Shown piece after piece: positions 12,401 through 19,798 of a stretch of 64,000 nucleotides of DNA (the stretch's first letter is position 1; each line of letters opens with the position of its first letter). Below the pieces are notes generated by a model, which was given only the letters and a program-made list of their open reading frames with translations, had not been told where the DNA came from and did not search any database. Where the stretch lies: the IMG/VR virus record IMGVR_UViG_3300025881_000012. The stretch is one strand, 5' to 3'. This stretch comes from an uncultured virus (IMG/VR IMGVR_UViG_3300025881_000012) (taxonomy: Duplodnaviria; Heunggongvirae; Uroviricota; Caudoviricetes). The position numbers and the translations under genes are program-made.

Positions 12401-13161
12401 TAGAGTGCGTCTATGCCATCAGGCACATTTGTTCCTGTAATGGTAAAGACGAAATCAGTGCCTTCGTTCTGTGTGGTTGCATTTACGCTGGCCGAATAAA
12501 CGGGCGTGTTGTATGTGAGTAATGCGTCATTGAGTGCTTGAATATCAACCGCAACATCATCAACAATGAACACCTCACCGCCAAGATACATTCCTGCAGG
12601 ATGAACAAACAGTTTAAACGTTTCTCGCCACTTCGCAATAGGAACACCCACACGAACCAAAAGCGCAAACGTTTGATATAACTTGTCATCTGTGATATAC
12701 TTGAGAGAGTCAGCACCGATCTGTGAATCTGTTTCACCTATCTTAAAGACATTCTCTTTTGGATACAATACTTCAACGTCTTCACCATAAAAAGATCTAA
12801 AGAACCATTCTATCGCAAACTTACTACCCTTTGATCTAAACAGTGTGTTGGAAAAGTTTGCTGCCGCTCGGAGTTCAGTATCGTTTGAACCAAACTTCTG
12901 AAAATAGGATTCGCCTAAAAGTAATTCGTCCTCAATATAAGTGAGAAGAGTGATGTCGGTTTCATTAATATCACGAGTTGCAAATAAGTGATTGAGCAAT
13001 TCTGTAGACTCGTTCTGATCCTGAAACTCATAATACTTCTTTAACAGAGTAATGAATTTTGGATATAACGCCGCAAAATGCTCAGGCAATATATTGCCAA
13101 TAGCCGGCTCTCTCAGGTTGAGAGAGCGTCTGCGTTTATTAACAAATCTTTCGTGTGACAT
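9424..13161 (-). CDS. Baseplate wedge gp7-like N-terminal domain followed by tandem Calx-beta/Ig-like repeats
   Basis: N-terminus YPKFITLLKKYYEF, KGSKFAIEWFFRSFYGEDVEVLYPK, VHPAGMYLGGE resembles T4-like gp7; then roughly 110-aa repeats with EG..TFTI.GTNVP and D...EG.ETFTV. Confidence 0.7.
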   Translation of the reverse strand: MSHERFVNKRRRSLNLREPAIGNILPEHFAALYPKFITLLKKYYEFQDQNESTELLNHLFATRDINETDITLLTYIEDELLLGESYFQKFGSNDTELRAAANFSNTLFRSKGSKFAIEWFFRSFYGEDVEVLYPKENVFKIGETDSQIGADSLKYITDDKLYQTFALLVRVGVPIAKWRETFKLFVHPAGMYLGGEVFIVDDVAVDIQALNDALLTYNTPVYSASVNATTQNEGTDFVFTITGTNVPDGIDALYWYGVHGTTNDADFGINSYDQTTGLPDANNKQYFEINGSSGMFSVVSVIDAETAIAEGDETFTVYIEDGDGRAIDNFPLTITDLIPSYTISTDAPDQTVEAGDTSDEGDNVTFTINGTNVPNAGSAVLKWYVDFGVSTTDQTNFETTIPTSPGTAQDVTITGSTGSFQIKSRVDGDPQSNSNYVIKLLNENNIEKVSRVQYLTQVVPTLTVAPGVTVIEGNNLEITITSGGYNVGKDIDYAITGAVVSDGRIATADLTGSVTMIDDGLGGSTAVTSIPVSATDTYESPTAGTFTATDNNLDAGFQISDNESFTVNDGPPAYTITGSPAVGQDGGAVTYTVGGQNIPDGTVYFYINDIDTDDADWVGTPPRNGSRLAVTVSGGTGTVTNPTAYTADGDTADNFYQIFVYDQATGGTELAEGNRIIAGTSNSVTITPSDLAPEEGDTITVDVTLGGTYQDTGSGGVYKYWIAGTNVTSSDFDSGYSNVSAPVDLTITSSAGQVSLAIANDFKTEGSETFTVVVGEETAPGSGVFAIIGESAGVVVQDTSQQTYSLTMPATVTEDENLVLTITATDVGAPEPLFIRLTPSSIGTQYVGGADKEIIGPDSGESVEVTYVTLGDNLTEESNRSFLTTVRRTSLAGPTVALDPITTLTDPQNFTLTASDTTPDEATTVTFTVTGPDGTYYYRPQGFEPVIVDSVSGSTILSTQSATSSYSTLLAGDTQRTTGVNGTINNINSNSLTMSATSSLTVLGMLPVFASASNYAYFDGANKPTGTVVISGGTGTFDVDITTSAVQENKAFVYELHDVEENVNSTVLASETITIQNVAGNGILGYTALLSYTNEAYEQVYDTFSPVTATANVRFDNDGGIYARGRDSFNSGRTPDSALYVKVGTWISGGTAPYTGYKLIATKGTENITGATVGGSFDTPLDIGNGTQSSPYADFFLSFKLGNYGSVSRELEIDFQIYEAAAPGNNIVINWDLIVIATLDNNGGN

Positions 13162-13164
13162 AAT

Positions 13165-14952
13165 TTATACTATGTTAATGGTATTACCCATACCAGAATG
13201 AGCAGTACACTGATAATACAAGGTTGGCGGAGCACTCATTGGTACTTTAAACTGTGTGATGCCAACTTGACTTGTGCCAGATATTACTGAAACACCTGTT
13301 GTGTAAGCCGCACCTGCATTACTTACTCTGATCTCAAATGGATGACCCGAATGATTGTGATCGAATCTATATGTATCACCTCGCCTCAGGTAAAGTATAG
13401 GATCGTTTTCGCTTGTAGGGAACCAAACATTTCCTGTATCAGACAGAACGTAATCAGTTGATCCGTTGTTCGTGACATTAAACGAATACTGTACGCCGGT
13501 GCCTACCGACATACTAATGTCTGAGTCTGCACCTAGCAACAGTCTACTGCCTGAAGCAGACAGATGCATCGCGTCTAATCCTGGATTCACCCGAATGTTT
13601 GAGTTAACTTTTGTGCCATTACCTCCACTGGTACTACCACTAAACATGAGATAGTTTACTGAGTTGGCAGTGTCAGCAGTTACTGCAACGTTGGTTGCCG
13701 TTGTTGCTGTTATTGCGTCAACATCTGTGAGTGATGCACCGCCTCCTGAGAATTGTGGAGAAAATAGTGTGCCGCCGTCGGTAGTCGTGTTATACGTGAG
13801 ATCTGTGATACAACCCACACTGTCTTGACCTGTTGAGGTTTCCCTCATCATAAGATAGTTAACACCATCTTCGGGAACCTTAGCAGTCGTCTGTTGAGCG
13901 TAAGTAACACCCATCGCTCCAAACAAAGCATTGCCGGGATCTTGCAAGATCGCATTGATAGGATCATACAAAAGATTGTTATCTGTTAACGCACTATCTG
14001 CTAAAGGATTCACACCACTGCCTGTGGTTTCAACCATCGTGAGATAATGAAGACTTGACAATGTTGCCTGTTTCGTATATATTTTAGTCGCTTCGGTTAC
14101 TGTGGCACTCGCAGTGACATTTGTTAACAGACTACCATCACCTGAAAAGAAAGGTGCAGAAAATACTTCAGTGACGGTATTGTAATTGACTAGTGAGTTT
14201 GTATTTACACTATCTACTCCATCTAATAAACCAGACATGAGGGGATAGTAAGTGCCAGCGTCTGTTTGTGCTACTTCTTGAAACTTACTGACTCGTGCAT
14301 GATCCGCACTATCTGCATTTACATTTATAAGAAGCGAACCATCGCCAGCGAATAAAGGTGAATATAATGCTTCAGTGTTTTTATCAAAATAAACCGCAGG
14401 GTCTGTATTAACACTATCTTCGCCTGTTTGTATTGGCGACATGGTTATAAAGTAATTTTGTGCGTCAACCAAAGTTGCTACTTCTTGAAACTTACTGACT
14501 CGGGCATGATCGGCAGAATCAGAACGGAGAGCAAACTGAATATCGGTAATATTACGGCCATCACCAGATGCAACACCTCCCCAGAAAATATTATCTCTAA
14601 CAGTAAGATCACTGTCAATAACAGTATCACCTAAAATTCTGAGACCACATATGCCATCGGCGTCTACCGAGTCTCGGGCACAATTAATAGTGCTTGCTTC
14701 TAAATCAGAAATATCAACGCCATTGATTGTACCCGTGACCGTAAGATCACCCGTGACTGTAGATCCACTAGGATCATCATCAATGTTTTGGTTTGCGAGA
14801 TCTCGGAGTGCCTGAAGAGTGGTTCTCTTCGTAATAGCAGTAATAGGTGGTCCGACATCAACGTCATTGACGATGATTTCATCTTCCAATCCTAGAGGGG
14901 GCACCGTTGTCCCGTCTATCAAATTTAAACCTGAAATTTTTATGTCTGCCAT
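13165..14952 (-). CDS. Tail-fibre-like protein with C-terminal cupredoxin-like domain
   Basis: MADIKISGL start, F.GDGS.L.NV.A fibre repeats, C-terminal GHPF...LYYQCTAHSGMG. Confidence 0.7.
   Translation of the reverse strand: MADIKISGLNLIDGTTVPPLGLEDEIIVNDVDVGPPITAITKRTTLQALRDLANQNIDDDPSGSTVTGDLTVTGTINGVDISDLEASTINCARDSVDADGICGLRILGDTVIDSDLTVRDNIFWGGVASGDGRNITDIQFALRSDSADHARVSKFQEVATLVDAQNYFITMSPIQTGEDSVNTDPAVYFDKNTEALYSPLFAGDGSLLINVNADSADHARVSKFQEVAQTDAGTYYPLMSGLLDGVDSVNTNSLVNYNTVTEVFSAPFFSGDGSLLTNVTASATVTEATKIYTKQATLSSLHYLTMVETTGSGVNPLADSALTDNNLLYDPINAILQDPGNALFGAMGVTYAQQTTAKVPEDGVNYLMMRETSTGQDSVGCITDLTYNTTTDGGTLFSPQFSGGGASLTDVDAITATTATNVAVTADTANSVNYLMFSGSTSGGNGTKVNSNIRVNPGLDAMHLSASGSRLLLGADSDISMSVGTGVQYSFNVTNNGSTDYVLSDTGNVWFPTSENDPILYLRRGDTYRFDHNHSGHPFEIRVSNAGAAYTTGVSVISGTSQVGITQFKVPMSAPPTLYYQCTAHSGMGNTINIV
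14270..14520 (-). repeat. Tandem duplication with 207-nt (69-aa) period in the fibre gene
   Basis: gctacttcttgaaacttactgactcg at 14270 and 14477, both encoding part of DSADHARVSKFQEVA. Confidence 0.85.
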
Positions 14953-14977
14953 TGTACCTGATCTCGTTTCTTTGGTT

Positions 14978-14985
14978 TATTTATA
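14978..14985 (-). promoter_or_regulatory. T4-type late promoter TATAAATA
   Basis: Exact consensus about 26 nt upstream of ATG 14952. Confidence 0.75.
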
Positions 14986-14989
14986 TCGG

Positions 14990-16276
14990 TTACGTTATGG
15001 TAACAGTAACGATTGCTGTTTCTGAAATACCTTGTTCTGGTGATGCACGATAGATAAAGGTATCTTGCCCAGTGTATCCTGGATTAGGTGTATATGTGTA
15101 TGTGCCAGCGGAAGCATCTAGTACGACCACAGATCCGTTAGATGGTTGTCCACCTACAGCAACAGAGAATACTGTATTGCCTGCTTGCCAAGTATCATTG
15201 CCACTCACTGTGATATCAACTGGTGTGTCAACAGTGGTTGAGGCACTGACTGCATATGCATCTTGGACTGGATCAACTGTGATGGATATGGGGAAATATT
15301 TCGCACCCCAATCGCCTAGAACACTCACATTAAATGAGTCTGTTCCGTTCCAATCTGGATTAGATTGATAACTCCAAGTACCTTTCGCAGTAATAATACC
15401 TTCGTTGTTTGTAGTCAGCGTTTGATATTCCGCCGAAGCAGTTCCATTTTGTGGATCACTCACTGTAAATGACGTGGGTGTTCCTGGAATATTTACAATA
15501 GTGAACGGCGCCACATACTGTGCGTTATCTTCAGAAAGATTCAAACTCAAAGGACTGGCTGTCCATGCACTATCAGTACATGTCTTGACAAACAATTCTT
15601 CGTCTGTGCCGCCGTCTAGATTCAAAAAGTTTACACACGCTTCTTCAATAATCTTAGAACCATCTGCAATTGACTTGTACAGGTATAGTTTCATGTCAAA
15701 GTCCATCGTGTATATGATAGACCGCCTGCTCTCTAAAGGCGCTTCATAATCATCTGAGAACGTAATACCTGTCATGGTAATAGGCGAATCCTCTACAACA
15801 TCAAAGTCGTTGAGTGGCTTGATTGTCACTGTGTAATTTGGTGTAAAATAAGGAAGAATCTGTTCAACAATCTGCAAGGCATCATCTTGTGTCTTGGCAT
15901 ATGCATTCAACTGAAACGATATAATGTAAGGAACAGGAGTGTATAACTTACTAGCGCCATCGCCATAGTTATCAGGAAACACTACACATGAATTTGTCCG
16001 AGGCATTTGTCGCGCGGCATCATACTGCATGGCTAATATCTCAAAAGAAAGCCTGGGTAATTTTAAAGCAATCTGTCTCTCAGCGTTTTCGCCATCGTTC
16101 ATTGCATCAATACGTGCTACAAAATCTCTCTTAGGAGAGTATGACAAAGGTACTTTGACTTGTGATAATGAGTTACCTGCGGCGTCTTTTCTTACCACAT
16201 ATATGTCATTGAACAATGATCCAAAAACAGCAACGGCTTTTCTAATTCGCTGATGATAAAAATGAGTACCAAACAT
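14990..16276 (-). CDS. gp15: Tail sheath stabiliser/terminator with C-terminal Ig/cadherin-like domains
   Basis: FYHQRIRKAVAVFGSLFNDI, LPRLSFE, QIVEQILPYFTP; C-terminal PSNGSV...YTYTPNPGYTGQDTFIY. Confidence 0.9.
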   Translation of the reverse strand: MFGTHFYHQRIRKAVAVFGSLFNDIYVVRKDAAGNSLSQVKVPLSYSPKRDFVARIDAMNDGENAERQIALKLPRLSFEILAMQYDAARQMPRTNSCVVFPDNYGDGASKLYTPVPYIISFQLNAYAKTQDDALQIVEQILPYFTPNYTVTIKPLNDFDVVEDSPITMTGITFSDDYEAPLESRRSIIYTMDFDMKLYLYKSIADGSKIIEEACVNFLNLDGGTDEELFVKTCTDSAWTASPLSLNLSEDNAQYVAPFTIVNIPGTPTSFTVSDPQNGTASAEYQTLTTNNEGIITAKGTWSYQSNPDWNGTDSFNVSVLGDWGAKYFPISITVDPVQDAYAVSASTTVDTPVDITVSGNDTWQAGNTVFSVAVGGQPSNGSVVVLDASAGTYTYTPNPGYTGQDTFIYRASPEQGISETAIVTVTIT

Positions 16277-17178
16277 TATGGATCTCCGAACGGATTAGAT
16301 TCTGAAAAATCAATAAAATTGATCTCTCCACCTTCTAGTGTTGTATCAAAGGCAGTATTCATAGCACTGTCTTGTAGATCTTCTCCTATAGCATTAGGCG
16401 TACCAGTAGCACCTGATGTTGAACCAACCATAGGAGCGGTAGTGGTCCACTCATGATACTCACCGTCTGAAGCACCTCCAGTGTGAGCAACATATATCTT
16501 CTTAGCCGATGGATTTGAATTGTCTATTTTGACAATCTCACCGGTGAGAGTAAACGAATCATTTGTTTGAGTCACAGTCTCATTAAATGCAAACGCACCC
16601 GTGACTGATGGGAATGTAAACACGGTCTGAAACGCATGATCTCCCTCAACATTATCAATTGCTTGTACACCCGTATCAAAGTCTTCGTCGTTGTACTCAA
16701 ACAATTCTGCACGAATCTTAAACACTGGTATATCTTTTAACTGATAGAAAGGTGATTCGTCTTCTACCTTCGTGATCTCAAATATAGAGTTAGAAAGTGG
16801 AAGAGAAATCAAATCTCCTTCGCGAGGCCTATAAAACTGGCCGCCGGGTTCTAATGTCTGTTCATACTTAGAAACGGTTGACAAAAATCTCCTACGTGAT
16901 ACAATAAAGGTAGCGGCATCACGAATCTCTACACCAAACTTAGTGAACAGATCTCCTTCTCCGTCAAAGCCTTCGGTATTCTCAATATACATTTCCAGTT
17001 TATATGCATCATCAAACCGTGATACATTATCATCCTGGAATATAGAATCTTTATTGACCATCTCTCTTGGCATATAATAGACATCTTGTCCATATATTTT
17101 GAGAGATTCAATAATCAGATCTTCATAGAGTTCTTGCTCTGAGTATCTGCCTTGAGTAAAATAGAGATTAGTAGCCAT
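16276..17178 (-). CDS. gp14: Neck protein
   Basis: EQELYEDLIIESLKIYGQDVYYMPR, RPREGDLI, FSESNPFG. Confidence 0.95.
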   Translation of the reverse strand: MATNLYFTQGRYSEQELYEDLIIESLKIYGQDVYYMPREMVNKDSIFQDDNVSRFDDAYKLEMYIENTEGFDGEGDLFTKFGVEIRDAATFIVSRRRFLSTVSKYEQTLEPGGQFYRPREGDLISLPLSNSIFEITKVEDESPFYQLKDIPVFKIRAELFEYNDEDFDTGVQAIDNVEGDHAFQTVFTFPSVTGAFAFNETVTQTNDSFTLTGEIVKIDNSNPSAKKIYVAHTGGASDGEYHEWTTTAPMVGSTSGATGTPNAIGEDLQDSAMNTAFDTTLEGGEINFIDFSESNPFGDP

Positions 17179-17181
17179 GCA

Positions 17182-17943
17182 TTAACCCATGAAAAAATCT
17201 GGTGGAAATTCGTTTTCATTACGTAATTTTTCTTCCAGTTTTTCTAGTTCTGCTGTAGCATCGTCATAGTATTGACGACCGTTTAATTGCACACCACCTG
17301 GTAAAGTCATGCCTTCAAATTTCATCATGTTACCACCCCACTGTTGTTTGATCAACTGTGTGGTATAGTCTTTGAGAAATTTGTCGTTCCAAACGTCAGC
17401 GAATGATGCGGGATCAACAAGTGACAAACACTCCGCAATGATGTAATCACCTACGGCTAAATTGTTATACTGATTAGGAGCCCATTCGCCAAAAATATAT
17501 AATCTATTCTGATGCCTTGAAAAATTAACTCGTGGCTCACCGTCTAGAATATCAGCAATAAATTCTAAATACTGTTCCATCTGATAGTAATACGATAAAC
17601 CACCCGCAAAGTTCATAAAGTCGCCCATGCTGTTCAACATCATCTGATACTTAATATCAAACATGTTGGTACTACCAAAGGTCTTGCTAAATGGATATAC
17701 TTTGGTAAGATACAGCACTGTGTTTGGAATAGTAATGTATTCATTTGTTACATCATCGGCTGTTATCTGATGCTTAATATAAGTGGTAAAAGTAGCGTCG
17801 GCATGATACTCTTGAAACATCTGAAGCGCATCATCAACTTTATCTTCAAGTTGATCATCGTCTACATTAATTTCAAGAACAGGCGAACCTAATCTCCGCA
17901 AGCAGAAATCAACTAGTTCTTGTCTTGTTGTGGGCGATGCCAT
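17182..17943 (-). CDS. gp13: Neck protein
   Basis: LRRLGSPVLEINVDDDQ, KQQWGGNMMKFEGMTLPGGVQLNG. Confidence 0.95.
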   Translation of the reverse strand: MASPTTRQELVDFCLRRLGSPVLEINVDDDQLEDKVDDALQMFQEYHADATFTTYIKHQITADDVTNEYITIPNTVLYLTKVYPFSKTFGSTNMFDIKYQMMLNSMGDFMNFAGGLSYYYQMEQYLEFIADILDGEPRVNFSRHQNRLYIFGEWAPNQYNNLAVGDYIIAECLSLVDPASFADVWNDKFLKDYTTQLIKQQWGGNMMKFEGMTLPGGVQLNGRQYYDDATAELEKLEEKLRNENEFPPDFFMG

Positions 17944-17965
17944 GTAAATGTCTCCGGTTTATGTT

Positions 17966-17973
17966 TATTTATA
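17966..17973 (-). promoter_or_regulatory. T4-type late promoter TATAAATA for gp13-15
   Basis: Exact consensus overlapping the peptidase stop codon, about 23 nt upstream of gp13. Confidence 0.75.
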
Positions 17974-19798
17974 CGACTCGGCGCCACGTTCGGGCAGTTC
18001 TTTGTCTAGGGTATGCGACACCTGATGAGGGTCTTGCAAGATGTATATTCTTTGTTTCTATTCTGCCAGACTGTGGGCGAATATCACCAATAGACATAGC
18101 CACACGTGGTGATTCAGTCGATTCAAAACAAAACGCATTAGGCCAATCGTTGCCTAAATCTCCACATTCATTTTCTGCTAATGTTCGACTTCTCATCACC
18201 ATATAGTCATATAGTTGTGCGGGTGTCATATCAGGAAAACGTTCTAGTATGCAAGCAAGTTGCCCGGTGAGCATCGGTGCACCCGCCGAAGTACCATTAA
18301 ATGTTCTAAGAGTATAACTTGCGTTTCGAGGATCAGCGACCTGCCCACCGTTTCCATTGTAACCCGCGGTGACACCATCTGCAAATGTATAGAAGTCTAC
18401 ACCTAATCCACAATTTGAATAAGACACCCGACACTCGCCTTGACCTGCACTACCGCCGGCTCTCAGTCTTGATTTTGTGCTGAGTGTTCCAACAATGTAA
18501 CATCCTTTTTGGTCGGTACCAAAAGAGCGCGACTTCCAGTTTTGTGTTGTCGCATCTTGTAGTGTAACAGTATTGTTTGTGTGTTCAGTGGTGTTTGTGA
18601 AAGCCATTAATGTGTTATCATTACTAGCCGAGATAACAACATGAATGCCATCGTTGATACAGTCTTCGACATCTGCAATAACAAAGTCAATGAAACTGTT
18701 ACTACCATTAGTGCCCATTACCGAATAAAAATATCGATTCCCGGCGCTGCCGACTATATCGCCTACGCCAGCCAATTGAGCATCTTCGACTTGTTGATTC
18801 GTCATTGGGTTGATACCATCGCCATAAGTAACACCACGATTTGTGGCTTGTACAGGCCATGTGTTATCACCTTCTGAAAACAGTTCACTAAAACCAGTGC
18901 TACAATTAATGATAGTAGGATTCTTAAATCCTGTTGCTTGGTTTACCGTCTTTGCATTGTGCCACGCTCGAATATAATCGAAGTCAGTGTAATTAGGATA
19001 GCCATCTGGGGAACTGAAATTGCCGTAGTCTAGTTGACTGGCAGTATACGGATCAAACGAATATATGTTTGCGCCCGGCGCCAGACCCAGCGTTGAGCCA
19101 GCGGCACATGTTGAAACCGAAGCGCCGTGTTGCCTTTGTCTGCTTATATCACTATTGCCTGAAGTGTATGGGCTGTACACATAATCCTGTGCTAAGAAAT
19201 AATCAGAAGAACCAAAAGCCTCATAACCCTGTACAGTGGTCGTGTATAGATTCCAGTTAATCTCGTTAACTCGTGAGCCGCCCGTACCATCTGCGTTAAT
19301 CTGTAAGTCTGGCATGTTAGGATCTGGATGCCCATCTTTAACCACAATGTCAACGTGCTTACCAGTCTCGGTGAATGTCTCACTACTGGTATATTTTTCA
19401 CCCGTTACCTGATCAGGATTTAAAAAGTCATCTGCCCAGTTGTCGATAATAGACTCGTTGCCTTCGTATGTGTTTCTAGAACGCCATGTGCCCCAATTCT
19501 TTGATTGTGAATCATTGGGTGGTTCGTTTGCGCCTTTGTCATACTCAAAGTCTGTACGAGTAAATGCGGTGGGTTTCATTTCTGGGCGATCTGACCAACG
19601 AGCAACTTGTCTTACACGAGAATCAGCCTTGACTGCGGCCGCCTCTTCTGATGTGAGCATGTACATAGTTGTTCGCGACAAAGGTCTGCGACAACAGATA
19701 TCGATAGCACGTTCTAAAATACCGCCAGTTGTCTCCATGTCCGCATAGAAAGTATCTAGGTCATCATGGCTATGTAATAAAACCAGATATTCTTCCAT
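17969..19798 (-). CDS. Subtilisin-like (S8) serine peptidase with probable N-terminal prodomain
   Basis: Triad motifs in subtilase order: VDIVVKDG (D), QHGASVSTCAAG (H), FNGTSAGAP (S); oxyanion Asn in ISASND; SYSNCG. Confidence 0.85.
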   Translation of the reverse strand: MEEYLVLLHSHDDLDTFYADMETTGGILERAIDICCRRPLSRTTMYMLTSEEAAAVKADSRVRQVARWSDRPEMKPTAFTRTDFEYDKGANEPPNDSQSKNWGTWRSRNTYEGNESIIDNWADDFLNPDQVTGEKYTSSETFTETGKHVDIVVKDGHPDPNMPDLQINADGTGGSRVNEINWNLYTTTVQGYEAFGSSDYFLAQDYVYSPYTSGNSDISRQRQHGASVSTCAAGSTLGLAPGANIYSFDPYTASQLDYGNFSSPDGYPNYTDFDYIRAWHNAKTVNQATGFKNPTIINCSTGFSELFSEGDNTWPVQATNRGVTYGDGINPMTNQQVEDAQLAGVGDIVGSAGNRYFYSVMGTNGSNSFIDFVIADVEDCINDGIHVVISASNDNTLMAFTNTTEHTNNTVTLQDATTQNWKSRSFGTDQKGCYIVGTLSTKSRLRAGGSAGQGECRVSYSNCGLGVDFYTFADGVTAGYNGNGGQVADPRNASYTLRTFNGTSAGAPMLTGQLACILERFPDMTPAQLYDYMVMRSRTLAENECGDLGNDWPNAFCFESTESPRVAMSIGDIRPQSGRIETKNIHLARPSSGVAYPRQRTARTWRRVV

